64,000 nucleotides of DNA from Cyclobacteriaceae bacterium (GTDB taxonomy: Bacteria > Bacteroidota > Bacteroidia > Cytophagales > Cyclobacteriaceae). The notes beneath the pieces were generated by a model. It ran no database searches. It saw only the letters and a list, made by a program, of their open reading frames with translations, and had not been told where the DNA came from. Location: assembly GCA_039986395.1 (NCBI GenBank), contig JBDWQX010000205.1, positions 201 to 64,200 of the forward strand. Reading direction: 5' to 3'. This document shows positions 38,515 to 48,039 of the stretch, piece after piece. Numbering within the stretch: position 1 is the stretch's first letter; every line of letters begins with the position of its first letter. The position numbers were made by a program, and so were the translations under genes.

Positions 38515-39069
38515 TTACTTCCATTTGATATTACACCCAATGCTCGGAATCTGCTCTTCGAAAGGAGGTTGTCCCTCCAGCAAGTTATCTATAGCCAAGC
38601 TAAGATCCTCTCCGTTTACTGGTTCGTTGTTTCCGGGAGTACTGGCATCAAACCTTCCACGATATACGCATTTAAGGTCAGCGTCAAAAAGAAAAAAGTC
38701 TGGTGTACAAGCTGCATCGTACACTTTTGCAACCTCTTGTGTATCATCAAATAAATAAGGGAAATTAAAATCGTGATTTTCAGCTTGCTCCTTGAGACCA
38801 GCTGGATTATCCTCCGGATAACTCTTGCTGTCATTTGAAGAAATTGCAACGAACTCCACACCCAAATGCTGATAGTGTCTAGCTACAATACTAAGCTCCT
38901 CTTCGATACTTTTCACATATGGACAATGTGCACAAATGAACATCACAACAAGTCCATCAGTGCCTTTGACATCGGTCAATGTTTTGTTAGTTCCGCTGAT
39001 GACATCCGGAAGGTTAAAATCGGGAGCCTCTGTGCCAAGAGGCATCATAGTGGAGGGGGTAAGAGCCAT
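38515..39069 (-). CDS. thioredoxin-fold thiol-disulfide oxidoreductase / peroxiredoxin-like protein
   Basis: Has the CxxC motif FICAHCPYV and a redoxin-like N-terminus (LGTEAPDFNLPD). I chose ATG 39069 over the track's GTG at 39102. Confidence 0.75.
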   Translation of the reverse strand: MALTPSTMMPLGTEAPDFNLPDVISGTNKTLTDVKGTDGLVVMFICAHCPYVKSIEEELSIVARHYQHLGVEFVAISSNDSKSYPEDNPAGLKEQAENHDFNFPYLFDDTQEVAKVYDAACTPDFFLFDADLKCVYRGRFDASTPGNNEPVNGEDLSLAIDNLLEGQPPFEEQIPSIGCNIKWK

Positions 39070-39131
39070 GGGTTTGAAATTAGTTTGTTTATTTTTAAAC
39101 ACTTAGAACCTAACAATAATACCACTAACCT

Positions 39132-40778
39132 ATGAAAAGACTTTCTAGCTCCCTCCTAATTCTAGTTGCAAGTTTCACACTATTTGCTCAGATCACTCCC
39201 GCACCTTCTCGCACCGAAGGACAAGGTCCGTTTGAGCAATTAATCATACGGGGAGCCATGCTAATCAACGGAAATGGTGCTCCGCCCATAGGCCCTGTTG
39301 ATATTGTAGTTGAGCAAAATGTCATTAAGAAAGTACAGGTGGTGGGATATCCCGGTGTTGAGATTAACGCCGAGAGTCGACCAAAATTCAATGGCAAGGG
39401 ATTAGAAATCGATGCTGAGGGAATGTATGTGCTACCTGGATTCGTGGATATGCATGGGCATATTGGAGGAACGAGTCAAGGTACCCCAGCAGAATATGTC
39501 TTTAAACTGTGGCTTGCCCACGGTATCACTACGATCAGAGAACCTTCCGCAGGAAATGGGCTTGATTGGGTTTTGAGACATAAGCAAAGAAGTGCCCGAA
39601 ATGAAATTACAGCCCCACGAATATTCGCCTATACTTCCTTTGGACAAAACCTGGAAGATGTCCCTTCGAAAAGGAGTATTCCTGGTGAAAGGACTGCTAG
39701 CTCCGAGTTTCTAAAAGGAACAATCACCAATGCCGATGAAGCCATCTCATGGGTTAGAGCGAATTACAGGCGAGGAGCTGATGGAATCAAGTTCTTTGGG
39801 GCATCTCCAGAGGTAATGGACGCAGCACTTAGGGAAAATAAAAGACTTGGTCTTAGGTCTGCTTGTCATCATGCACAGCTAAGCGTAGCTCGTTGGAATG
39901 TCTTGAATTCTGCAGAGTCAGGCTTGACATCTATGGAGCACTGGTACGGATTGCCTGAGGCGCTGTTCGATGATCGAACTGTGCAGAACTATCCGCTTGA
40001 CTACAACTATAACAATGAGCAACATCGCTTTGGTGAAGCTGGCAAACTATGGCAGCAGGCAGCAGCACCATATTCTGATAAATGGAATGAGGTTATGAAC
40101 AAACTACTGGATCTGGATTTCACGCTAGATCCAACGTTCAACATTTACGAAGCTAGTCGTGATCTGATGCGAGCAAGAAACGCAGATTGGCACAGTGCCT
40201 ACACGCTTCCTTCCCTTTGGAAATTTTACCAGCCAAGCAAAGTATCGCACGGCTCCTACTGGCATTTCTGGGGTACGGAAGAAGAGGTGGCTTGGAAAGA
40301 AAACTACCGTCTCTGGATGACCTTTATCAATGAGTACAAAAATCGCGGTGGAAGAGTGACGACTGGGTCTGACTCTGGTTTTATTTTCCAATTGTATGGT
40401 TTTGCATACATCCGAGAAATGGAACTCCTGCGTGAAGCTGGATTCCACCCTATGGAAGTCATCAAGTCATCTACATTAAATGGAGCAGAGGCATTAGGTA
40501 TGGGCAAGCAAATTGGATCTGTAGAGGTGGGAAAATTGGCCGATTTGGTTTTGATTGATCAAAATCCACTGCAAAATCTCAAAGTGCTGTACGGTACCGG
40601 AGCTATCAAACTAACAGAGGACAATGAGGTGACGAGAGTCGGTGGTGTAAATTACACCATTAAGGACGGTATCGTTTTCGACGCAAAAGAGTTGCTAAAA
40701 GATGTTCGGAAAATGGTTGAGGAAGCTAAAGATGGTACCGACATCGAGCAACCTGGTTATCCAAACTGGAAAGAATAA
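39132..40778 (+). CDS. amidohydrolase-family metallo-hydrolase (secreted)
   Basis: 548 aa with a signal peptide, the metal motif GFVDMHGH and the C-terminal ADLVLIDQNPLQNL. Confidence 0.8.
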   Translation: MKRLSSSLLILVASFTLFAQITPAPSRTEGQGPFEQLIIRGAMLINGNGAPPIGPVDIVVEQNVIKKVQVVGYPGVEINAESRPKFNGKGLEIDAEGMYVLPGFVDMHGHIGGTSQGTPAEYVFKLWLAHGITTIREPSAGNGLDWVLRHKQRSARNEITAPRIFAYTSFGQNLEDVPSKRSIPGERTASSEFLKGTITNADEAISWVRANYRRGADGIKFFGASPEVMDAALRENKRLGLRSACHHAQLSVARWNVLNSAESGLTSMEHWYGLPEALFDDRTVQNYPLDYNYNNEQHRFGEAGKLWQQAAAPYSDKWNEVMNKLLDLDFTLDPTFNIYEASRDLMRARNADWHSAYTLPSLWKFYQPSKVSHGSYWHFWGTEEEVAWKENYRLWMTFINEYKNRGGRVTTGSDSGFIFQLYGFAYIREMELLREAGFHPMEVIKSSTLNGAEALGMGKQIGSVEVGKLADLVLIDQNPLQNLKVLYGTGAIKLTEDNEVTRVGGVNYTIKDGIVFDAKELLKDVRKMVEEAKDGTDIEQPGYPNWKE

Positions 40779-40787
40779 ACAGAAATT

Positions 40788-41714
40788 TTAGTCGGCCTTC
40801 AGCTTACTCAGCTCATCTCGAAGTGTAATGGCTATATCTGGAAAGTCAGTAATGATTCCATCAACGCCAGCATTCAGCATTTTGATCATGTCATCTCTGC
40901 TATTGACTGGATATGCATGAACTTCAAACCCCTGCGCATGCATTTGAAATACTCTTCGGGGAGATAGGGTGTGCCATTGAGGATTGATTGCCTTCATTCG
41001 ATTACCTTCTTTGGCTCGGCCCATGTGCATTCTGGTTTCAATATAAAAAGCGATCAACGGAGCAGAATCTTCTCCAATTATTAGTGCCTTAGTCTGAATA
41101 AGCGAATCTAAATCGTGAACCTCATCTAAATACGTTGGCTCGTATGATTGAAGGATAATCCAGTCTTCTCCATTCTCTTCAGCCATGACCACCTCTACTA
41201 ATTTCTCTGCAAAATCATGGTAGTGAGGATGATCCATGTGCTTAATTTCTATGAGCACTTTACAGCGACCGTTAACAAAGTCCAAAACTTCCTTTAATGT
41301 CGGGATTCGTTCGTTGGAAAATCTAGAGTCTTTGTGCGATCCTACGTCAAATTGCTTTATTTCTTCAAGCGTGTAGTCATGGACATCACCTGTGACTCGG
41401 TTTCCCAAGGTGTCTTTGGCAAGGCGATCCAACGTCTGATCGTGGAAAACCACAATTTCTTCATCTAGCGTATGTCGAACATCCAACTCTATCTGGTCCA
41501 CACCAAGTTCTAATGCCATTTTGAAAGCGGCCATTGTATTTTCCGGAGCCTCGCCAGAAGCACCTTTGTGGGCAATGATCTGAAATTCCTTTCCTCCGAG
41601 GCGATCGATCGATGTGCTTGAGAATACAGTTCTATAAAGCCATGGTTCAAACAGTGATAACGCAGCAAAAAGGAAGAAAAACGGCGCGGAATAAAGTAAA
41701 AACTTCTTGGTCAT
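40788..41714 (-). CDS. glycerophosphodiester phosphodiesterase family protein
   Basis: 308 aa with GDPD motifs (IIAHKGASGEAPENTMAAF, IELDVRHTLDEEIVVFHD, GVDGIITDFP). Confidence 0.85.
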   Translation of the reverse strand: MTKKFLLYSAPFFFLFAALSLFEPWLYRTVFSSTSIDRLGGKEFQIIAHKGASGEAPENTMAAFKMALELGVDQIELDVRHTLDEEIVVFHDQTLDRLAKDTLGNRVTGDVHDYTLEEIKQFDVGSHKDSRFSNERIPTLKEVLDFVNGRCKVLIEIKHMDHPHYHDFAEKLVEVVMAEENGEDWIILQSYEPTYLDEVHDLDSLIQTKALIIGEDSAPLIAFYIETRMHMGRAKEGNRMKAINPQWHTLSPRRVFQMHAQGFEVHAYPVNSRDDMIKMLNAGVDGIITDFPDIAITLRDELSKLKAD

Positions 41715-41757
41715 GGGTGATTATTTAACACAAAAATTACACAAAAAGAACTAAATA

Positions 41758-43518
41758 CTACGATTTGCTTTTCTGATTTAAATCAATGCCTAGTTCAGCT
41801 AACTGATCAGCTGAAATTTTAGATGGAGAATCAATCATGATATCTCGTCCAGAATTATTTTTAGGGAACGCAATAAAGTCTCTTATACTTTGGTCTCCCG
41901 TCATAATTGCGCACAACCTATCAAAACCAAATGCCACGCCACCATGCGGAGGTGCTCCATATTCAAACGCACCCATAAGAAAACCGAACTGGTCTTCGGC
42001 TTCTTCTTTGGAAAAGCCCAGCACTTTAAACATTTCTGCCTGGAGTCCTCGATCATGAATCCTAATTGAGCCTCCACCAGCTTCAACTCCGTTAATCACC
42101 AAGTCATAGGCATTTGCTCGCACACCTCCAGGATCGGACTCCAATTTACCAACATCCTCTGGCTTGGGAGAAGTGAACGGATGATGCATGGCATGATATC
42201 GATTTGTATCTTCATCCCACTCCAACAAAGGAAAATCCACCACCCAAGCTGCCGCGACCTTCTCTTTGTCACGAAGCCCAAGCTGCTCTCCCATTTCCAG
42301 TCTCAACTCATTTAGTGCCTTTCTTGTCGGATCTTTATCACCAGCTAAAATCAAAAGAAGATCTCCTGGCTTGGCATTCATTTTGGCCGCCCAATCCTTC
42401 AAAGCTTCCTGATCAAAGAATTTATCAACAGATGACTTAAAGCTTCCGTCTTCATTGTATTTCAAATAAACCAACCCCTTCGCTCCAATTTGTGGTTTTC
42501 TAACAAAGTCAGTCAGCGCATCTAGTTGCTTCCTCGAATATTCTGCGCATCCAGGTGCGTTTATTCCCACTACAAGCTCAGCACTATCAAATACCACAAA
42601 ATCTTTACCTTGAGCAAGTTCAGTAAGCTCGCAAAACTCCATGCCAAATCTAAGGTCAGGCTTATCGGAACCGTATTTTTCAATAGCGTCATCGTATGAA
42701 ATACGCTGAAAATCTTTCAACTCGATTCCCTTGATTTCTTTGTAGAGAAATTTCGTCATTCCCTCGAACGTGTTGAGGACATCTTCCTGTTCCACAAATG
42801 CCATTTCGCAATCAATCTGTGTAAACTCCGGTTGACGATCAGCTCTTAAGTCTTCGTCTCTAAAGCACTTCACTATTTGAAAGTAGCGATCCAGTCCACC
42901 CACCATCAAGAGTTGTTTGAAAGTCTGAGGAGATTGTGGCAACGCATAAAATTCACCTTCGTTCATCCTCGAAGGAACAACAAAGTCTCTGGCACCTTCA
43001 GGCGTAGACTTTATCAAATAGGGAGTTTCTACTTCGATGAATTTTTCGCCCGTAAGGTATTGCCTTACTTTTTGCATCATCAAATGCCGTAATTCAAGTT
43101 TTTCACGTACTACGGTTCTCCTGATGTCAAGATATCTGTATTGCATTCTGAGGTCTTCTCCTCCATCCGTTTCTTCCTCAATCGTAAAGGGTGGGGTTTT
43201 GGATTCATTAAGAACCTCGAGACTTGACACTCTTATTTCTATATTTCCTGTAGGGATTTTATCATTCTTCGAGTAGCGTTCTACTACCTGCCCGTGGGCT
43301 TTCAGGACAAACTCGCGCCCGATGCTTTTCGCTTGCTCAATAAGTGAAGGGTCTGTAACCTCCTCCTCAAAAATCAGCTGAGTAATTCCATATCGATCTC
43401 TTAGATCTATGTAAACAATTCCCCCTTTGTCCCGCTGTTTCTGAACCCAGCCAGTTAGCGTAACTTCATGATCTACATGATCAATTCTCAATTCTCCGCA
43501 GGTATGCGTTCTTAGCAT
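41758..43518 (-). CDS. aspS: aspartate--tRNA ligase
   Basis: 586 aa. [11 protein letters not shown]... is followed by the OB anticodon-binding domain and class II motifs ([28 protein letters not shown]). Confidence 0.95.
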   Translation of the reverse strand: MLRTHTCGELRIDHVDHEVTLTGWVQKQRDKGGIVYIDLRDRYGITQLIFEEEVTDPSLIEQAKSIGREFVLKAHGQVVERYSKNDKIPTGNIEIRVSSLEVLNESKTPPFTIEEETDGGEDLRMQYRYLDIRRTVVREKLELRHLMMQKVRQYLTGEKFIEVETPYLIKSTPEGARDFVVPSRMNEGEFYALPQSPQTFKQLLMVGGLDRYFQIVKCFRDEDLRADRQPEFTQIDCEMAFVEQEDVLNTFEGMTKFLYKEIKGIELKDFQRISYDDAIEKYGSDKPDLRFGMEFCELTELAQGKDFVVFDSAELVVGINAPGCAEYSRKQLDALTDFVRKPQIGAKGLVYLKYNEDGSFKSSVDKFFDQEALKDWAAKMNAKPGDLLLILAGDKDPTRKALNELRLEMGEQLGLRDKEKVAAAWVVDFPLLEWDEDTNRYHAMHHPFTSPKPEDVGKLESDPGGVRANAYDLVINGVEAGGGSIRIHDRGLQAEMFKVLGFSKEEAEDQFGFLMGAFEYGAPPHGGVAFGFDRLCAIMTGDQSIRDFIAFPKNNSGRDIMIDSPSKISADQLAELGIDLNQKSKS

Positions 43519-43658
43519 CTTTTTTTGTTTTCTCCGAAATGAGCGGCAAAGATAGATTTTAGATTAATTCGATTGACAGATTTCTCGAATATCTAAATGG
43601 CAATCGAAATAATCTCGAAATCTCCCAATCCATAAAATTCACAGGTTTAGTTTTGAGC

Positions 43659-44204
43659 ATGCGAATTTTTATCTTAATCCTAGCAATTACTTCTTCTCTG
43701 CATGCCTACTCTCAAAAACTGGCCTCCGTCAAAATTGGAGAAGACATTTCAATTAAAGTATCGACAGAATTTATCAACATGTCGAACCAAGATAGAATGG
43801 CAAGAGTGGCTTCTTCCAAAGTTCCTCTCGGAATGTTCTCCACTGAATCCCAAGAGGTGACATTGGGTATTAATGACAATATCATGCAGTGGAAGCCACA
43901 GGATACAAAAGTGGTTTACGGCTTTTACAAAGCCAGTTTAAACTCTTTGTTTGATGAGATACAATTTATTCAGGACACCATTAAAGTGATAAACGGAAGA
44001 GAGTTCGTTGTTTTTGAGTTTGTCTCAACCATCCGAGATGAGAATGTATTTTCCTCAAAGGGAGGAGACAGAAATTACACGTACATTCAATATACTTCAT
44101 ATAAAGATCAGGTGCTTTTATTCAATTTTGGCTGTCCAGCAAGACTCAAGTTTGAATGGGAGAATATTGCAGAAGAGATGATGCAAAGTGTTAAAATCAA
44201 ATGA
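43659..44204 (+). CDS. hypothetical secreted protein
   Basis: About 181 aa from ATG 43659 with a signal peptide (MRIFILILAITSSLHAYS). It has a 4-nt overlap with tadA. Confidence 0.65.
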   Translation: MRIFILILAITSSLHAYSQKLASVKIGEDISIKVSTEFINMSNQDRMARVASSKVPLGMFSTESQEVTLGINDNIMQWKPQDTKVVYGFYKASLNSLFDEIQFIQDTIKVINGREFVVFEFVSTIRDENVFSSKGGDRNYTYIQYTSYKDQVLLFNFGCPARLKFEWENIAEEMMQSVKIK

Positions 44205-44662
44205 CAGAGCTGAGCGTATTCAGCGATGAGCACTTCATGAAGCAAGCGCTAAACGAAGCTCAAATAGCATTTGATGAAGGAGAAATTCCTGTTGGAGCAA
44301 TCGTCGTTTGCGAAAACAAAATCATTGCTAAAGATCACAATCGCGTTGAACGGCTAAACGATGCAACCGCACATGCAGAAATGCTAGCGATTACTGCAGC
44401 GCAAAATAATCTGAGTTCGAAGTACCTAAATGAATGCACTTTGTACGTCACGCTTGAGCCCTGCAATATGTGCGCAGGCGCACTTTTTTGGACGCAAATT
44501 GGCAAATTGATAATTGGAGCACCGGATGCTGAGAGAGGCTTTATGACTTTCAATAGAAACATTGCACATCCAAAAACAAAGATCAAGGAAGGAGTGATGG
44601 CAGCCGATTGCGAGGTGATGATTAAGGATTTTTTTAGAAAATTGAGAAAAAATAACGGTTAA
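44201..44662 (+). CDS. tadA: tRNA adenosine(34) deaminase / CMP-dCMP-type zinc deaminase
   Basis: 153 aa with the HAEMLAI and PCNMCAGAL zinc-binding motifs. Confidence 0.85.
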   Translation: MTELSVFSDEHFMKQALNEAQIAFDEGEIPVGAIVVCENKIIAKDHNRVERLNDATAHAEMLAITAAQNNLSSKYLNECTLYVTLEPCNMCAGALFWTQIGKLIIGAPDAERGFMTFNRNIAHPKTKIKEGVMAADCEVMIKDFFRKLRKNNG

Positions 44663-44836
44663 ACTGTGAATTGGTAAAGCGTGTCAAACAGAAGTAAATC
44701 CCTTAACACGTAACTAGTTAACCAATCAACCATTTAACTTTAATCCACCAAGTATCAACTAAAACCGCAACTAAACATTTATCGTTTTTGTTACCTTCAC
44801 ATTAGAAACTCAACAATTAATAAAAAGAAACAATTT

Positions 44837-45436
44837 ATGGCTTTTGAATTACCTGATTTACCATATGCTCACGATGCATTGAATCCGCACATCGACACAC
44901 AAACGATGGAGATTCACCATGGAAAGCATCACAATGCGTATGTAACAAACCTTAACAATGCAACAGGAAGCGGACCGATTGGAGATAAGGCAATCGAAGA
45001 TGTTTGTAAGCATCATTCCGACATTCCTGCGATCAGAAACAATGGTGGTGGACACTACAATCACTCCTTGTTTTGGACTGTTATGAGTCCAGATGGCGGT
45101 GGAGAACCTACTGGTGCTGTAGCTGATGCCATCAATTCAGCATTTGGCTCTTTTGAAAAATTTAAAGAAAAGTTTAGTGCTGCAGCTGCCACCAGATTTG
45201 GAAGTGGTTGGGCTTGGCTATGCAAAAAAGCAGATGGATCTCTGGATGTCTGCTCTTCAGCAAACCAGGACAATCCCTTGATGCCTGGCGTTGGTTGCGG
45301 TGGAACTCCAATTCTTGGACTGGACGTTTGGGAGCATGCCTACTACTTAAATTATCAGAATAGACGTCCTGACTACATTAGCGCATTTTTCAATGTGGTT
45401 AATTGGGATGAGGTGAACAGAAGATTTGAAGCATAG
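44837..45436 (+). CDS. sodA: Fe/Mn-family superoxide dismutase
   Basis: 199 aa. [32 protein letters not shown]...DVWEHAYYL is canonical. Metal specificity cannot be judged from sequence alone. Confidence 0.95.
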   Translation: MAFELPDLPYAHDALNPHIDTQTMEIHHGKHHNAYVTNLNNATGSGPIGDKAIEDVCKHHSDIPAIRNNGGGHYNHSLFWTVMSPDGGGEPTGAVADAINSAFGSFEKFKEKFSAAAATRFGSGWAWLCKKADGSLDVCSSANQDNPLMPGVGCGGTPILGLDVWEHAYYLNYQNRRPDYISAFFNVVNWDEVNRRFEA

Positions 45437-45440
45437 AGGA

Positions 45441-45471
45441 GTATAAAGTAGCGAGTACTAAGTATTAAGAT
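45441..45471. repeat. solo copy of the left-arm motif seen beside the four-helix-bundle gene
   Basis: GTATAAAGTAGCGAGTACTAAGTATTAAGAT compared with 26040-26070 GTATTAAGTATCAGGTACTTGGTATTAAGAT gives 25/31 identical by hand alignment. Both copies start within 5 nt of an upstream stop codon. Confidence 0.6.
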
Positions 45472-45534
45472 CACGACACTTGTTAATTTTTTAACCGACG
45501 TTGTAAATTTTCACTCTATATTCGCAACTCAATT

Positions 45535-45603
45535 ATGAATACGAACAGACTATTTCATCATGCACATCATAACAACTTTTCTCTTGAAGAGGTGATAAGA
45601 TGA
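45535..45603 (+). CDS. candidate his operon leader peptide (22 aa, HHAHH)
   Basis: ATG 45535 ... TGA 45601-45603: MNTNRLFHHAHHNNFSLEEVIR. Four His codons fall within five positions. It lies upstream of a strong terminator and of hisG. Confidence 0.6.
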   Translation: MNTNRLFHHAHHNNFSLEEVIR

Positions 45604-45629
45604 TGCTGTAGTTTTAAAAAATAACAAAG

Positions 45630-45660
45630 GCCCGTCGGAATACCGTCGGGCTTTTTTTTT
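45630..45660 (+). terminator. intrinsic terminator (candidate his attenuator; may also terminate sod)
   Basis: GCCCGTCGG-AATA-CCGTCGGGC forms a 9-bp stem with one T-T mismatch, followed by T9 (45652-45660). It lies 86 nt upstream of hisG. Confidence 0.7.
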
Positions 45661-45745
45661 GTGGCTACGCCACAGGAGATCTTGGAGGTAAATCGAATTC
45701 CAATCCAAATCTTTTACCAAATGACATGGAGTTCAATTTTAGAAA

Positions 45746-46603
45746 ATGAAAGAAATTTTAAAAATCGCGGTCCAAAAATCAGGAAGACTCAACGAGAAGA
45801 GCATGGGGCTTCTCACCGAGTGTGGTATAAAAATCAACAATGGAGGTAAGTTGATGTCATCTTCATCCAATTTTCCGCTGGAGATCTTTTACTTGAGAGA
45901 CGACGATATTCCTCAGTATGTTGCTGAGGGTGTAGCGGACATTGGAATTCTCGGAGAGAATGAAGTTCTGGAGAAAGAGCAGGAAGTTAAAGTCATCAAT
46001 CGACTTGATTTTTCGAAATGTAGGCTTTCATTGGCGATCAGGCGTGAAGAAGAATATCCAGGTCTTCAATGGTTTTCGGGAAAAAGAATTGCTACAAGTT
46101 ATCCTGTCATTCTCAAAGGATTTCTGAAAGACAACAACATCAAGGCAGATGTTGAAGTAATTGGAGGCAGTGTTGAAATAGCTCCTGGAATTGGTTTGGC
46201 CGAAGGAATTTTTGACATTGTCAGTACTGGAAGCACACTTCTTGCAAACGGGCTAAAGGAAGTCGAAACTGTGCTGAAAAGCGAAGCTGTCCTGATTGCC
46301 AACTCCAGACTTTCACTTGAGAAGAAGAATTTGTTGGACAAACTTCTATTCAGAATCCAAGCAGCAAAGGCAGCAAAGCAGAACAAGTATATTCTTTTGA
46401 ATGCGCCAAATGAACAGCTAAAAGCAATCATCAATCTGCTGCCTGGTATGAGAAGCCCTACAGTTCTTCCTCTTGCTGAAGAAGGCTGGAGCAGTATCCA
46501 TAGCGTAATAAGTGAAGATGACTTCTGGGAGGTGATTGATCAATTGAAGGAAAGAGGAGCTGAGGGAATACTGGTTTGCCCGATCGAAAAGATGATTGTA
46601 TGA
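45746..46603 (+). CDS. hisG: ATP phosphoribosyltransferase (long form)
   Basis: 285 aa. MKEILKIAVQKSGRLNEKS... is typical of HisG, and the C-terminal regulatory domain is present. Confidence 0.95.
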   Translation: MKEILKIAVQKSGRLNEKSMGLLTECGIKINNGGKLMSSSSNFPLEIFYLRDDDIPQYVAEGVADIGILGENEVLEKEQEVKVINRLDFSKCRLSLAIRREEEYPGLQWFSGKRIATSYPVILKGFLKDNNIKADVEVIGGSVEIAPGIGLAEGIFDIVSTGSTLLANGLKEVETVLKSEAVLIANSRLSLEKKNLLDKLLFRIQAAKAAKQNKYILLNAPNEQLKAIINLLPGMRSPTVLPLAEEGWSSIHSVISEDDFWEVIDQLKERGAEGILVCPIEKMIV

Positions 46604-46635
46604 ATCAATTAAGAATTGAGAATTAGTAATTGACA

Positions 46636-47928
46636 ATGAAAAAAATAATATACCCAGACCAGAAGAATTGGGAGGAACTTTGTAAAAGGCCTGCATTTGA
46701 CTCAACGAAACTTGAAGCAAATGTTCGAGATATTCTGAGTACCGTCAAGGAACAGGGAGATCTAGCTCTGATTGATTTCAATAAGAAATTTGACGGAGTT
46801 GAAACAGAAAGAATCAAGCTCGACATTTCTGAGATGACTTTCAATATTGATACAGATCTTGCAGATGCAATCAAAATTGCGAGAGACAATATTGCAAAAT
46901 TCCATTCTGCACGACAGGAAGATTCTGTTAAGATTGAAACGGCTAGAGGTGTGCGCTGCTGGAGAAAGAGCGTACCCATACAAAATGTGGGCTTGTATAT
47001 TCCTGGTGGTTCAGCTCCCCTATTCTCTACATTATTAATGCTCGTCATCCCAGCACAACTGGCCGGTTGTGAAAACATTGTGGTCTGTACTCCACCGCAG
47101 AAAGATCAGCAACTAGACCCAGTTATCGGTTGGACGTGTCAACTATTGGGAATCACCAAAGTGTTTCTTACTGGCGGAGCCCAAGCAATTGGAGCGATGG
47201 CCTTTGGCACTGACTCAATCCCAAAAGTTTATAAGATTTTCGGGCCAGGAAATCAATACGTAACAGCTGCCAAGCAGCTCGTGCAAAAAGATGGAGTCGC
47301 AATAGATATGCCTGCGGGCCCTAGTGAAGTGTTGGTGATAGCGGACGAGTCCGCCTCTCCTGAATTCGTAGCAGCCGACTTGCTCAGTCAAGCAGAGCAT
47401 GGAGCAGACAGTCAGGTCGTTCTTGTTTCCAATTCGAAGACTTTGATAAAAGATGTGGAAATGGAGTTGGTTCAACAAATCAAGGAGCTTCCTCGAAAAG
47501 ACATAGCGCTCAAAGCGTTAGAAAACAGTCAGTCCATTTTGGTTAGAAATTTAGACGAGGCTATTGATTTCAGTAATACTTACGCCCCAGAGCATTTGAT
47601 CGTTGCTACTGAGGATTGTGATGAACTAGGCGAAAAAATAGTTAACGCAGGAAGCGTCTTTCTCGGCCGTTGGAGTTGTGAAAGTGCCGGAGATTACGCA
47701 AGTGGAACTAATCACACGTTGCCTACCAGTGGCTATGCGAGAAGTTATAGCGGCGTTTCACTTGATAGTTTTATCAAGAAGATCACCTTTCAAAAAATTT
47801 CAGAAGAAGGAATTCGAGAACTTGGTCCATCCATCGAAAAAATGGCTGAAGCTGAAAAATTGCAAGGACATAAAAATGCTGTGGCGGTACGGTTGGAGAA
47901 ATTGAAAAATAAAATAAAAAAAGAATGA
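46636..47928 (+). CDS. hisD: histidinol dehydrogenase
   Basis: About 430 aa with the motifs AGPSEVLVIAD, QAEHG and GDYASGTNHTLPT. I chose ATG 46636 over the track's TTG at 46630. Confidence 0.95.
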   Translation: MKKIIYPDQKNWEELCKRPAFDSTKLEANVRDILSTVKEQGDLALIDFNKKFDGVETERIKLDISEMTFNIDTDLADAIKIARDNIAKFHSARQEDSVKIETARGVRCWRKSVPIQNVGLYIPGGSAPLFSTLLMLVIPAQLAGCENIVVCTPPQKDQQLDPVIGWTCQLLGITKVFLTGGAQAIGAMAFGTDSIPKVYKIFGPGNQYVTAAKQLVQKDGVAIDMPAGPSEVLVIADESASPEFVAADLLSQAEHGADSQVVLVSNSKTLIKDVEMELVQQIKELPRKDIALKALENSQSILVRNLDEAIDFSNTYAPEHLIVATEDCDELGEKIVNAGSVFLGRWSCESAGDYASGTNHTLPTSGYARSYSGVSLDSFIKKITFQKISEEGIRELGPSIEKMAEAEKLQGHKNAVAVRLEKLKNKIKKE

Positions 47929-47933
47929 CCGAA

Positions 47934-48017
47934 GACCCTGAAATAAATTCAGGGTGACAATTAGGCAAGGAAATGAGATTTCATTTCAGAACGTCATGCT
48001 GAACTTGTTTCAGCATC
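47934..48017. repeat. three REP-like hairpins in the hisD-hisC spacer
   Basis: The first is GACCCTGAA-ATAAA-TTCAGGGTGAC (47934-47958). The second is GAAATGA-GATT-TCATTTC (47970-47987). The third is GTCATGCTGAA-CTTGT-TTCAGCATC (47993-48017). Confidence 0.75.
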
Positions 48018-48039
48018 TTCAGTGTAAAATTGATTAGCA

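Noticed and set aside
45661-45849. 62-aa ORF overlapping the hisG start.
   Set aside because: It starts right after the T-run of the terminator in a different frame from hisG, and it has no family resemblance. hisG's own start (MKEILKIAVQKSGRL) is canonical.
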